A stretch of DNA of 64,000 bases from the NCBI RefSeq assembly GCF_963921235.1, contig NC_086097.1, positions 73,038,001-73,102,000 of the forward strand. The letters are read 5' to 3'. Position 1 is the first letter of the stretch, and each line of letters opens with the position of its first letter. The notes under the pieces were generated by a model that was not told where the DNA came from, did no database searches, and was given only the letters and a program-made list of their open reading frames with translations. Both the position numbers and the translations under genes were made by a program. Below, piece by piece: positions 1 to 12,291 of the stretch. The stretch comes from Mobula hypostoma (Eukaryota).

Positions 1-684
1 GTCCAAGGTGTTCACTATCTCAGTGAGTGATTCTGAATAACAGATTTGAACATAGCAGAAGTAAGAGTAAGCCATTCATTAAGATCATGGCTGGTCTTTT
101 ACTTCGTTGTCCCTTTCCTGAACTACTCCCATGTTTCCTTGATAACAAAAAAAAAATTGGTAACAGTGAAATACAACAACCAACAAGGTGTTGTATGGGG
201 TAAAAGCGGGAGGGCCAGCATTGAGGGGACGTGAGTGGCTGAGACAATTACATCTCAATTGGAGATCCATCCACCATTTGCATGCCACATCTCCTGCAGT
301 AGAGTCGACTAAAGCAAATTAAAAAAGATAATGGATGATGCCACAGCAGTGTTCAGGGATGGCATTGGAAAACTCAAATCCATCAAGGGTAATATAGTGT
401 TAAATGAAAATGCCACACCCAATATTTACAAAGTCCTTCTGGATCCTTATACCAGCCATGATAAAGTAGCCAGTGAGCTAGATCACATGGAAGCTGAAGG
501 AATTCTTTCCAACATTGTGTGGAGTCCATGCGTAATGCCAGTAATCCCAGTAGCCAAGAAGGATGGGTCTGTCAGGATCTGTGGTGATTTTAAGGTCACC
601 ATCAACCCAGTACTGGAAGTAGATCTATACACTCTGCCCAGGATAAAGAATATCTTTGCCAACCTTTCTGGAGGGGAAACACTT
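1..684 (+). mobile_element. Ty3/Gypsy (K02A2.6-like) pol fragment 1: end of protease and start of RT
   Basis: Reads GPALRGREWLRQLHLNWRSIH at ~212-275 (GPxLLGRxWL protease motif). ORF 331-768 reads VIPVAKKDGSVRICGDFKVTINPVLEVDLYTLPRIKNIFANLSGG, then breaks off where the RTE element begins. Confidence 0.9.
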
Positions 685-3600
685 TATTTCTGTATTGTTT
701 CTGGAGGTTATGGAGGTACAGACATGGGAATCATCACCAGTGGCAACATCAAAGCTATGGGTAAATAGTCGCATGGCCTTGTGTATTTCTTGGGAAAGGC
801 AAAGGCTAAGGGAGTAAACCCCAACAGAACATCCGGAGCAGAGATCTAAAGCAGATGGATGGTTTACTACGCCACCTGCTGACAACTCCTGCAGCTGCCC
901 TGGCGCCGACTGTGTTGGTTCTTCCTTTCCGTTAGACTCTCCAAGAGGGGATCTTGACATCAGGGCAGCCCAAGACCTCCATAGCTCCTCACCCATGCCC
1001 GTGACACTCTGGAGAGGACAGTCCATCGATGTCACAAGAAATTGGCACAACACAAAAAGTGGCAGTTACTGATTATAAACTAATCTGACTGGCGTACGAA
1101 ACGAGTGCCAGGGGCCACTTTAGACAGTGGGAGGGATCATCACATCTCACTGGGACAGCTACCGCCCACCTCAGGTTGGGCAGCCCTGAGCCAGTAAGAT
1201 GCTGTCTGGCCGCTGCTCACCTTCCTCACTGGATGCTTGGGGCTCAGAGTTCACCTCGACAAGCAAGCTGTGAGTCCCCACCAGGTGGAAGCTAGAACAT
1301 CTGCACCATGTCTCCCAGACTGACTGACAACCTCCAACAGATCAACAATGCCGGCAAAGTGACAGGCATTGACAGGGAACGCACTCCACTGAACATCAAT
1401 GTTGCCTGCCTCCAGGAGACCCATTTGACAGATAACGATTCCATCAGAGAGTTCAATTACACCTTCTTTTGGCAGGACCTCCCTTATGAAGATCCAGGAG
1501 GGTATGGGGAAGGTTTTGCAGTGAAGAACTCTATCATCACTATCATGGAACCACCAACAGGCCGAACAGAACGGATCCTTGCTCTCCACTTACCATCACT
1601 TTCCGGCCCTGTAACCTCCTGAGCATCTGTGCCCCAACACTTTATTTTTCACCAGATGTCAAAGACCAGTTCTGTGAGGCTCTGGATAAGGCAATATCCA
1701 GAATCCCAAGCACTGAAGGATTATACCTGCTGGGAGACTTCAATGCTAGAGCTGGGGCTGACCACAAAGCTTGGCCTTCTTGCCTTGGTCATCATAGCAT
1801 TGGCCAGATGAATGAGGATGAGCAGAGACTGCTAGAGCTGTACTTCCATCATGGACTGTGCATTACCAACACATATTTTCATTGTGAGGAATGGCACAAG
1901 GTCTCCTGGAGACATATACGGTCCCACCATTGGCATCAGCTCAATCTTATCATCACCAGAACAGTGTCCTTGACACCTGCAGTTACCACAGAGCAGACTG
2001 CGACACAGACCACTCCCCTGTTGTCAGTAGAGTGGGGCTAACGCCAAAGAAACTCCATCATTCCAAGACTAAGGGTGGATCTCGCATCAACACCTGCTGT
2101 ACAGAGAACTCTGACAGAATATAGCAGTTCGCTGATGCCATTGAAGCCACAATGAAGAACAGTTCTGGTGACAGTACCCCCATTGACTCTGAATGGTTGC
2201 AACTCCATGTTGCCACCTACAGCTCAGACGTAACAGCATTTGGCAAAAGGAGCACAAGAATGCAGACTGGGAAGAAATGGAGCCAGTGACTGAGGCCAAG
2301 AGTAAAGCCCTGCTGGCCTACAGGCAAAACCGTGGCATCAGCACACGTAACACCCTCAAAGTTGCGAGAAACAAGGCACAGCAAACTGCCCAACTGCAAA
2401 CAACTACTAGGTGAATTAGTGCAGCAAAATCCAATCCGCTGCCAACAGCAGGAAAGCAAGGGGAATGTTCAACAGCATCAAATCAGCAACACACTCTTCA
2501 GCCACCAAGAAGCTGAAAAATTAAGTAGTCGTCATGGACCATAGCAAGCAGCTTGAACGCTGGGTAGAACACTGCCTGGAGCTGTATGCACCCTGGAACG
2601 TGGTGACTGATGCTGCCCTGGAGTCACTGCCTGATTTGCCAGTCATGGAGAGCTTGATGTGTTGCCATCGATGGAGGAGCTCAGCCAATGCATCAACTGT
2701 CTTGCCAGTGGGAGAGCCCCAGGGAAAGAGCACAGCACTGTCTGCTTCAATGGAGCAACTTTTGATGCCTTTCCAGTGAGCAACGGAGTGAAACAAGGTT
2801 GTGTCCTGGCACCAACCCTCTTTGGAATCTTCTCCTCCATGCTCCTTCACTGTGCTTTCACAGGCTGCACTGAAGGCGTCTACCTTTGCACAAGAGCTAA
2901 TAGCAAGCTGTTCAGCATTGCTCACTTGCACTCCAACCAAAGTTAGTACAGCCCTCATTGGCGAGATGCTGTCTGCAGATGATGCAGCATTGATGTCACA
3001 CACTGAAGGCTGACTCCAACAACTGATTATCTGCTTCGCCATGCCTGCAGGGAGTCTGGGTTAACCATCAGGATGAAGAAGACAAATGTTATGGTCCAGG
3101 GTGCAGAATCTCCCCCAAACATCACCATTGATGGTTGCTCTCTTCGCCTATCTTGGGTTGACCATCACCAGCTCCCTGTCCCTTGAAGCTGAGGTGAACA
3201 GCAGGGTTGCCAAAACTGCAGCTGTCATGGCCAGACTGAACAAGGGACAACAGACAGCTGACAAAGAAGACCAAGCTGCGTGTGTACCAGGCATGTGTGC
3301 TCAGCACAGTCCTCTACACCAGCGAGGCTTAAACACCATACATCAGCCGAGAGAAGAGACTAAATTCATTCCACCTCAGGTGCATCTTGCATATCTCCTG
3401 GCAGGACAGAGTCACCAACACAGAGGTTCTGCAGTGGGCTGACACCTCCAGCACCCATGCACTCCTCAGCCACAGATGCCTCAGATGGTTGGACCAGGTT
3501 AAACAGAAGGATCAGGGACACATTCCCAAGGACATGCTGCATGGTGAGCTGTGTGAGGGTTACCGCCCACAAGGAAGACCATGCCTCCACTACAGGGATG

Positions 3601-3931
3601 GCTGTGAGCATGCCATGAAGCAGACAGCATCGACCTCAACACATGGGACGAAACATTTGAAGACCAGACAGCATTGAGGGCCGCAGTCAACAGCGGTGTG
3701 TGACGTGCTGAGATAGCAAGGACCAACATGCTCATCAACAGGACAGCCAGAGCTGCATCAACCACAACACCTTCCTCCTTCACCTGTAGCCGCTGTGAAA
3801 GAGACTGTCACTCTGGAGCAGGACTGGACAGCCACGCTACAAAGTGCAAATAGCCCTAAGTCTATAGGCCCAAGAACCATCAGAAAAAGTGTCACATTAT
3901 CGTCTCTGAAGATGCATGGATGCTGAAGACG
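685..3931 (+). mobile_element. RTE-clade LINE, near full length, decayed, inserted into the Gypsy RT
   Basis: AP-endonuclease motifs NVACLQETHL, GEGFAV and LGDFNAR (~1730). RT motifs GVKQGCVLAPTLFGIF and MLSADDAAL. C-terminal FTCSRCERDCHSGAGLDSHATKC* (~3779-3853). RTE-type 3' end ATCGTCTCTGAAGATGCATGGATGC. Many stops and frameshifts, and an internal RT deletion at ~2730 (APGK jumps to TVCFNG). Confidence 0.9.
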
Positions 3932-4155
3932 ATCTACAGATGGAGATGGAAGAAAAGTCTAGAGTGTTTCCCATTACAAACACTCACAAAGGGATTTGTC
4001 ATTATAATAGGCTTACCTCTGGAGCAGCATCTGCACCTGCACTCTGGCAGACAGCTCTGGACCAGGTGCTGCAAGGCTGCCCAGGCACTCAGTGTTACCT
4101 GGATGACATCACTGTTACCTGTAAGGATGACAAGGAACATCTCCAATATCTCAAG
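3932..4155 (+). mobile_element. Ty3/Gypsy (K02A2.6-like) pol fragment 2: RT core
   Basis: LQMEMEEKSRVFPITNTHKGICHYNRLTSGAASAPALWQTALDQVLQGCPGTQCYLDDITVT, including the YLDD catalytic motif. Continues fragment 1 after the RTE insertion. Confidence 0.9.
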
Positions 4156-5032
4156 TGTGACGAGAATACACATAGATTAAGATGTTAGCTGGCCTGTGCT
4201 GGCACCAGTGGGATCAGTAGTTGGTCTGCCACCTGTCTTCAGGAGAGAGAGAGATAAGGAAAACAATGGAGCAGCATTTGGAGATGTTAATGAAGGGGAA
4301 GGAGAGCTGTCAAGATCGGCTCCCCCTTTGAACCCCAAACTGTTTGAAGTGATGGACAGGTGATACCCCAGCAGGAGGATAAAAAGGGACAGGTTCACTA
4401 AGGCAAGACACACACGACACCCGAGGTAATGAGACCCTGGAAGCAGTGCGTCTCTCACAAGTCGGTGAGAAGTTTTGGAAGGCCGGTTGCGGGACCAGGC
4501 CATAGATGCACAGGGTGGAAAGGCACGATCAGCGGGAACCTGGTGTGTGCCCAACCTTGCCTGGGTGCCGGGTTCACCGCAGAGAAACGATCGTATCTGG
4601 AAACGGAGGGGTCACGGTCGGTGACCTCAGATGACATCACAAAGGGCTCGCACGAAAGCTGACTGCGAAGGTCTGTGTGTGGAAGCCATTTGAATATTCA
4701 TTCGTTTTTGCTCTCTCTCTCCTTCCCCCCACTGTCCATCTCTCATGGCAGCGATTACTGCGAACTGAACTGAACTAAATTGAACTGAACTTTGCGTCAC
4801 TTTGAAACTGGTCATTTACCCCTAGACAACGATAGAGCTTGATTAATCCTGTTATCTTAATTCTGTGTACATGTGTGTTTATCATTGCTGAACTGTTGCA
4901 TTTATTATCCTTTTGATTAGAGTACTGTGTTGCTTGTTTCTTTAATAAAACTTTCTTAGTTCTAGTAATCCAGACTCCAACTGAGTGATCCATTTCTGCT
5001 GGTTTAGCAACCCAGTTACGGGGTACATAACA
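4156..5032 (+). mobile_element. 5' LTR (~877 bp) of a Gmr1-like Gypsy element
   Basis: Starts TGTGACG and ends CATAACA. TATA-like GATAAAAAG at ~4378, AATAAA at 4944, internal (GAACT)n. Followed directly by TAAGTGGGGTTCTCGTTCGCGATTT (resembles a degenerate tRNA-Pro primer-binding site) and then gag. Confidence 0.8.
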
Positions 5033-5131
5033 TAAGTGGGGTTCTCGTTCGCGATTTTGAACGCTAAATTTGGAACGGAGTAAATTGATTGGGTCAAAAT
5101 TCCCGAAAGAAAGAAAAGACAAACAGCAGAA

Positions 5132-6244
5132 ATGGAGGCTGAGGAAATTATAAAGGCGCCAACCTTGGAGGCATTAGAGGATGCCAGGAAATCGGAATTG
5201 GTAGCTGTGGCCAAACGGTTGAATCTTGCTAAGGGGAAGTCGACAATGAGGAGAGAGGAGATACACAGAGCTATCGTAGAGCATTATGTATCTAAAGGTG
5301 TGTTTCCCCAAGGGGAGCTGGAGGTGGTGTCTATTGAAAAACCTGCCGGAGACGCGGTACAGGTGCAGCTTGAAAAACTGACACTCGAGCACGAGTTCCG
5401 GGTACGACAGTTGGAGCGAGAAGAGAAGGAGAGAGAGTTAGAAAGGCAAGAGAAAGAGAAAGAGTTAGAAAGGCAGGAGAGAAAGAGGGAGAGAGAGAGA
5501 GGGAGAGAGAAAGGAGAAACAGAGGGAAAGGGAATTCGAGCTGGAGAAGTTAAGGATAAGGGCAGAGCAGGGGCCCATGCCGAACCAAGGTGGAGGGTTC
5601 CGGGCGACCCAGGAGGTTAGGCTGGTTCCCCCATTTGACGATACCGGCGTGGATCAGTACTTTCTCCATTTCGAAAAAGTTGCTGCAAGTCAAGACTGGC
5701 CGAAGGATAAGTGGGCTGTTTTGTTTCAGAGTGTACTGAAAGGGAAAGCCCAACAAGCTTATTCAGCTTTGTCCGCGGAAGATGCCCAGAGGTACGAGGT
5801 GGTGAAAGAGGCCATCCTCAGGATTTATGAGTTGGTCCCAGAGGCATACCGGCAGAGGTTCCGGAATGCAAGGAAGCAGTGGGACCGCACATATTTAGAG
5901 TTTGCCCGTGAGATGCAGACATATTGTGAGGTTGGTGCGCCTCGAAGGGAGTAGAGGGGGATTATGACAGACTGCTACCGCTGATCCTGATTGAGCAGTT
6001 TAAAGGTTGTGTCCCTGAGGGAATGAGACCCTACCTAGATGAGAAAGAGGCAGCCACATTAGCCGCAACTGCTAAGTTAGCGGATGAGTATGCGTTGACG
6101 CATAAAATGAAGTTTTCCCAGAGTAAAGGCTACCAGAAGGGTAGTCAGGACGGCGGGGAGAGTCCGCCAGAAAAGTCAGAAAGTAAGCCGGGGACTAGTG
6201 AGAAGGATAAAGTAGACCGGGAGCAGTCTGGTAGGAAGTCTCCT
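5132..6244 (+). mobile_element. Gmr1-like Gypsy gag with coiled-coil and SCAN-like capsid domain; frameshifted, 3'-truncated
   Basis: ORFs 5132-5620, 5577-5954 and 6023-6325. Sequence VRLVPPFDD..YFLHFEKVA..WPKDKW..LKGKAQQAYSAL..YEVVKEAILRIYELVPEAYRQRFR, then LILIEQFKGCVP. It lies directly behind an LTR and PBS. Confidence 0.85.
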
Positions 6245-6676
6245 GCCAAACCTGGCTACTGTGCTCCACCCCTTGAACTCATTACCACAGATCAGGAAGA
6301 AATGGCAATGGACAAAGCAGTATGAGGAGACTTTCCAAAAGGCAAAGAAAATAGTGACCAGACATTGTACTCACACATTATGATTCACATCATCCAGTGA
6401 AACTTGCCATGAAGTGCTCAGGATGCCAACATGTCTCTGGGAAAGGTGTCCAGAGCTGTCAGAAAGAACTCCTGCAGTCCCAAGTCAATTCCCACAGCGA
6501 CCATAGAGGAAGTCCCAGAACCTGAGATTGTTTCACAGCCACGTCTCACCTGCCAACCAGGAAAGATATTATCCCACAAGAGTAAGAAAGCCTCCACAGC
6601 GATTGCATCCTTAGGTCTGTATGGGACAGTTTAAAATTTACTTTGCTGTGGATGTCTGTATAGTAGTTGCATTATG
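6245..6676 (+). mobile_element. Ty3/Gypsy (K02A2.6-like) pol fragment 3: RT-RNaseH linker, deletion, pol C-terminus and start of 3' UTR
   Basis: PNLATVLHPLNSLPQIRKKWQWTKQYEETFQKAKKIVT..DIVLTHYDSHHPVKLA (6246-6408). After a large deletion comes ERYYPTRVRKPPQRLHP* ending ~6613, a typical pol end for this family. Confidence 0.8.
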
Positions 6677-7715
6677 CAGAGGTGCTCGATAAAGTCGTCC
6701 TCAATTTACAACGCATTGATGCAGAGGAGGTCAAATCAGAAGCACGATTGACGACCCCAGCAGATGGAGGTGAGGGAGGAGGTGTATGGGCAGGTGTAGC
6801 ATTTATCCCACTTGCAATTAGGAAGGAAATTAGTTTGGAACGACAAATGGACAAGGGAATTGTGGAGAGAGTGATCACCGTGGAAAGTGGCAAGGGTGGT
6901 GAAGGCAAAGCTATGTTTAGTGGTGGGATCCCTTTGCAGATGGCAGAAGTTGCGGAGGATGATGTGTTGGATATGGAGCCTCATGGGGTGGAAGATGAGG
7001 ACAAGAGGAACTCTACCACTGTTAAGGCAGCAGGAAGATGCGGTGAGTGCGTATGTTCGGGAAATGGAGGAGATGCGGATGAGGGCAGCATCAATAATGA
7101 AGGGAGGGAAACCCTGTTCTTTAAGGAAGGAGGACATATCTGACATTCTGGAACATTCTGAGAATGGATGTGGTGGAGGGAAAGGAACTGAGAAAAGGAA
7201 AAACTGCATTTCTACAGAAGAAATGGTAGGAAGAGGTATAGTCGAGATAACCGGGAGACTCAGTAGGTTTATAAGAGTAGTCGGTTGACAGTTTGTGTCC
7301 AGATTTGTAGACAGAGAGATCGAGTAAAGAGGAGGGAGGTGTCAGAGACAGACTAAGTGAATTTAAGGGCAGGATGGAAGTTAGAAACAAAGTTAATAAA
7401 ATTGATTAGCTCAGCATGGGTACATGAAACAGTGCCAGCGCAATCATCAGTGTAGCAGAGGAAGAGTTGCGGAGTATAACCAGGGAAGGCTTCGAACATG
7501 GACTGTTCCACGTAGCCAACGAAGAGGCAGGCATAGCTGGGGCCCGTGTGAGTGCCCATGGCTACCCCTGGAGTTTGAGAAAATGAGAGGAGCTGAAGGA
7601 AAAATTGTTCAGGGGTGAGGACGAGTTCTGCCAGATGGAGGAGGGTGGTAGTGGAGGGTGATTGGTTAGTTCTTTCGTCAAGAAAAAGTGGAAAGCTTTG
7701 AGACAAGAAAGAAAC
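6677..7715 (-). mobile_element. Penelope-like element fragment (RT C-terminal half and linker)
   Basis: Minus ORFs read GVAMGTHTGPSYACLFVGYVEQ..FLCYTDDC..NFHPALKFT; LLDLSV..STDYSYKPTESPGYLDYTSSY; RVPLVLIFHP..CKWDKCYTCPY. Confidence 0.9.
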
Positions 7716-8700
7716 AGCGAGCTCACTCCTTCTTCCCACTGCCTTAACAATGATGAAGTTACTCTTCTCCTTGCCTATTGTACCATCCCATCTGCCTTTA
7801 CATCCAACACATTATCCATAACTTCCGCCATTTCCAAAGGGGCCCTACCACTAAACCTATCTTTACCTCCACCCGGCTGCCCCTGCTTTCTCCAGGGATC
7901 GCTCCCTCTGCAATTCCCTTGTCCATTCGTCTCTGCCCATTATTCCCAACCTGGCACAAATCCCTGAAAGTGAGATAAGTGCTATACCTGCCCATACACC
8001 TCCTCCCTCACCTCCATTCTGGGCTCCAGTCAGTCCTTTCAGGTGAGGAAACGCTTCACCTGCGAGTCTGTTGGGGTTGCCTGTTGTGTCCAGTGCTCCA
8101 GAGGCAGCCAACTCTACTTTGGTGAAACCCTGTTGTAAACTGGGGGACTGCTTCATCGTATATCTCTGCGGCATCTTCCACAAACAGGACTTCACGGTGG
8201 CCAAACATTTTAATTCCGATTCCCTTTGCCATTCCAATGTGTCAATCTATGGTCTCCTCTAAAGCCAAAATAAAGCCACACCTCAAATTCCGTCCGGGTA
8301 GCCTCCAACCTGTTGTCATGAATATCAATTTCTCCTCTTTATAAACAGATTTCCCCATCACCTTCCTCTATTCCCCACTCTGATATTCTACCTCTTCTCA
8401 CCTGCCCATTACTTCCCCCGGAGTGCCCTCCTCCTTCCATTTCTCCAATGGTCTACTCTCCTCTCCTATCAGCTTCCTTCTTTGCCAGCCCTTGATCTTT
8501 CCCACCCACCTGGCTGCATCTATAACCTTCCAGCTAACCTCCTACCCCTTTCCTCCCCCCCCCACCTTTTTATTCTGGCATCTTCTCCCTTCACTCTCAG
8601 TCCTGAAGAAGGGTCTCGCCCTAAGTTTCAACTGACTATTCATCTCCATAGATGCTGTCTGACCTGCTGAGTTCTTCCAGTATTTTGTGTGTGTGTTGCT
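7716..8700 (+). mobile_element. Penelope-like element 3' part (GIY-YIG endonuclease and pseudo-LTR), inverted relative to the preceding fragment
   Basis: FTCESVGVACCVQC..YFGET and LGDCF..VAKHFNS (~8055-8215). Pyrimidine-rich tail ending CCTGAAGAAGGGTCTCGCCC..AGATGCTGTCTGACCTGCTGAGTTCTTCCAGTATTTTGTGTG, the same tail as at 46920-47040. Confidence 0.88.
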
Positions 8701-9559
8701 ATTGGGTTTAATTAAACCCAAAAGATATAATGTTAGAAGGCTCCACCTATGAAAGGATGAAAGTGAGGTTTACCAATTTTTTTTAAAAATGAGAACTTGA
8801 AAAAAAAGCTATGTGAGAACAAGGCGTGCCTGGTGAGAAATGGACAAGTGACAGAAATGCAGCAAACTATGAAAACTATGGAAAAATAAAACCCGTTAAA
8901 AGTGGAATTAGTAGTTAGTATCTCTACCCTACTTACTGGAAATCCTCAGGGTGAAACCCCTGGAGGAGAGATGAAATCGATAAAAGATTTATTGAATCTA
9001 CAGCTATAATGAGCACCAGCTATAGCGAGATGATATCAATAGAGAATAGTGTCCAAGATCTCTATCGTGTAACTAGGAATTAGTTCTGTTAAGTCATACC
9101 AAGAGATTTGGTAAGTTAAAACACTTCACTGTTCCAAGTGTATAATTTGTGTGTGAAATATGTTCAGTAGTTTTGTAACTGAGAAACATTTGGAAATGAC
9201 AATGTGATATTGAGTTACTTTGGAGTAGAAAATAGAACACATATAAAAACTTACAGACAGTAATCCTGTTGTATACGGGTCAGGATTTATTGCGTAAGCA
9301 TTGCGAATTGACTTTCCATCGATGACCCACTATTTTATCTAAGGAACCAAGAAACAAGATGACGAGCCACCCAAGATCAAAGAACCAGCATGGGAACAAA
9401 ACGTTTCAAGACATAGAGGATTTAATAGTGTTGGATGTATAAGTTTATTTCTCACTCAAAGGATCTGAATTTAATTTTCTGGAACAACTGATTATTTTTG
9501 CAAAGACTTTGATAAGTTACTGAATGAGATTTATGTTGTTTAAAAGTTGTGATGATGAA

Positions 9560-11430
9560 GAATTGAATTGAATTTACTTTATTTCTTACATCCTTCATAT
9601 ACATGAAGAGTAAAAATCTTTGTATGTCTCCATCTGAATGTGCAATGTGCAAATTATAGTAATTTGTAATAAATAGTATGTACAGTAAGATACACAACAA
9701 AATAATCAATATAGCTTAGAAATACAATTGTGTCAGTGTGAATTAATCAGTCTGATGGCCTGGTGGAAAAAGCTGTCCCGGAGCCTGTTAGTCCTGGCTT
9801 TTACACTGCGGTACTGCTTCCCGGATGGTAGCAGCTGGAATAGATTGTGGTTGGGGTAATTCGGATCTCCAATGATCCTTCAGGCCCTTTTTACACACCT
9901 ATCATTGTAAATGTCCTGAATAGTCTGAAGTTCATATCCACAGATGCTCTGGGCTGTCCGCACCACTCTCTGCAGAGCCCTGCGATTGAGGGAAGTACAG
10001 TTTCCATACCAGGCAATGATACAGCAAGTCAGGATGCTCTCACTTGTGCCCCTGCAGAAAGTCCTCAGGATTTGGGAACTCATGCTGAACTTCTTCAACC
10101 GTCTGAGGTGAAAGCCGCACTGTTGTGCTTTTTTCCAGATCGATTGATGTCAATACGGGTGAGCCTGTCTCCATTCCTCCTGTAGTCCACAACCAACTCC
10201 TTTGTTTTTCTGACATTGAGGGAGAGGTTATTTTCTTGACACCACTGTGTCAGGATGATGATTTCTTCTCTGTAGGCTGCCTCGTTATTATTTGAGATAA
10301 GGCTAATCAATGTAGTATCATCTGCAAATTTAATTAGCAGATTGGAGCTGTGGGTGGCAACACAGTCATGAGTATACAGAGAGTAAAGGAGGGGGTTTAG
10401 TACACAGCCCTAAGGGGCTCCTGTGTGGAGGGTCAGAGGGGCAGAGGTGAGTGAGCCCACTCTTACCAACTGCCAGCAATCTGGCGGGAAGTCCAGGATT
10501 CAACTGCACAAGGTAGGGTGAAGGCCAATGTCTCTGAGCTTCTTGTCAAGCCTGGAGAGAATTCTGGTGTTGAATGCTGAACTGTAGTCCAAGAACAGCA
10601 TTCTCACATAAGCATCCCTCCTCTCTAGGTGTGTAAGGACAGTGTGTAGAGCTGTGGGCATTGCGTGATCTGTCAATCTGTTGTGTCGGTAGGCGAACTG
10701 TAGGGAGTCCAGTGTGGGTGGTAGCATGCTGCAAATGTAATCCTTGACCAGCCTCTCAAAGCATTTGCTTATTATTGAGGTGAGTGTGACAGGACGTCAG
10801 TCGTTCATACATGTTACCTTGGTATTTTCAAGTACAGGGACAATGGAGGATGCTTTGAAACAGGAGGGCACTCTACACTGGGAGAGGGAGCGATTAAAAA
10901 TGTCTGTAAACACAGCAGCCATTTGTGCCGTGCACACTCTGAGCATCATCCTGGGATGCCGGCCGGTCCCGAAGCCTTGTGGCTGTTCACTCGTTGGAAA
11001 CGCCTGCATACTTCAGCCTCAGAGATGACCAAGGTGCGGCTCGCTTCAGCGGCTCTCCTCAGGGGCTCAGTGTTGGCGACATCGAACCAAGTGTAAAAAA
11101 GATTTAGCTCATCTGAGAGAGAGGCGGCAAAGTTGGCAGCACCACTACATTTGGCTTTGAAGTCTATGATGGTGTGCGGACTTTGCAAAGAGCTGCGTGT
11201 GTTGTTGGTGGAGAGTTATGTCTAGATCTTGTCCCTGTATTGCTGTTTCGCTGCCTTGATGACTTTGCATAGATTGTAGCTGCATTTCTTGAGTTCCTGG
11301 TGATTACTGGTGGTGAAAGTTCTGTCTCATGCGGTGAGTGCAGCACGCACAGAACTGTTGATCCAGGGTTTCTGGTTTGGATACACCCTGACCAATTTTT
11401 CGGCAACAGTGTCCTCAATGCACTTCCAAT
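9560..11430 (-). mobile_element. Rex1/Babar-type LINE, 5'-truncated, decayed
   Basis: Minus ORFs read [101 protein letters not shown]. (CAATT)n tail at ~9560-9574. Confidence 0.92.
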
Positions 11431-12030
11431 GTTCTCAATGTAATTTGTTGTGAAAGGAGTTAAACTGTGTTCCTATATATATATTTTTGGGACTGAATTT
11501 GAACTTATAGACATACTGACCTGAACTGAAACATAGGTTAACCATAATGCTTAAAAATAGGAATTCAATTAGTTTCCTAACTAACTAACTAGGGATAACT
11601 AATAAGACATATGTTAGTCTGTAAACCTCTAAATAGGGAATAACACTAGATCTAATTAGTTAGGGAAATTGGACTGAAAAAGGTTATTCTAAAGAATCTT
11701 GCTGACTCTAACTAAAAAGGAATTTGGTTTTTGTTTGACATCTGAGATTTGGAACCTAAAACAGAATGTAGGAATTTTGAATTGTTCTTTCCCATGTAAG
11801 TATTTTGAAAATATTGCTATGTTTTATAACCAAACTTACCCCTAGAAGTGTGTTTTCTATTCACTACCTCCTTCTGATACCTAGAGCTTTTAATGCTATA
11901 TAATTTGATTTTCTCATGAAGAATGCGGCAACCAGTCACACAAGGTAAGACAAACACTACACAAGTGTTGCTCTATGTATGTATGTATATATGCTATGAT
12001 GCTTTTTATATTGTGTTGGACTGTATAGCT

Positions 12031-12291
12031 AAGCAGGGAGGAGTGTTATGTATTTAATATTTCAGTAATATTTGAGTAATGTTGTAAAAATATAGTTTGA
12101 TTAAGCATTCTTTGTTGTTTCCATAATGCATTGTAGGTTATATGTAAAAGTTCATAAATGGCATACGTCATTATGCCAGCATGCTCTATGTCCATGCCTC
12201 ACTTACGGTAAAAGCAAAGTTAGATTCACATCCCGGACTCTCCATGTTTACTTTTCCATTAGTTTTTATGTTTTGGAGTTACAAGGCATAA
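12031..12291 (+). mobile_element. Polypurine tract and probable 3' LTR of the K02A2.6-like Gypsy element
   Basis: AAGCAGGGAGGAG (12031-12043) is followed directly by TGTTATG. About 250 bp later comes GGCATAA, a partial inverted match to the start with the terminal CA lost. The 5' LTR is outside the window, so it cannot be compared. Confidence 0.6.

Noticed and set aside
4761..4790. Short tandem repeats as a CRISPR-like array
   Set aside because: This is a simple (GAACT)n repeat inside an LTR, with no spacers. The window is eukaryotic and shows no CRISPR or cas signal.
5577..6020. Host ZSCAN/SCAND gene
   Set aside because: It is preceded by an LTR and PBS, is frameshifted, has no C2H2 fingers, and is nested in another retrotransposon.
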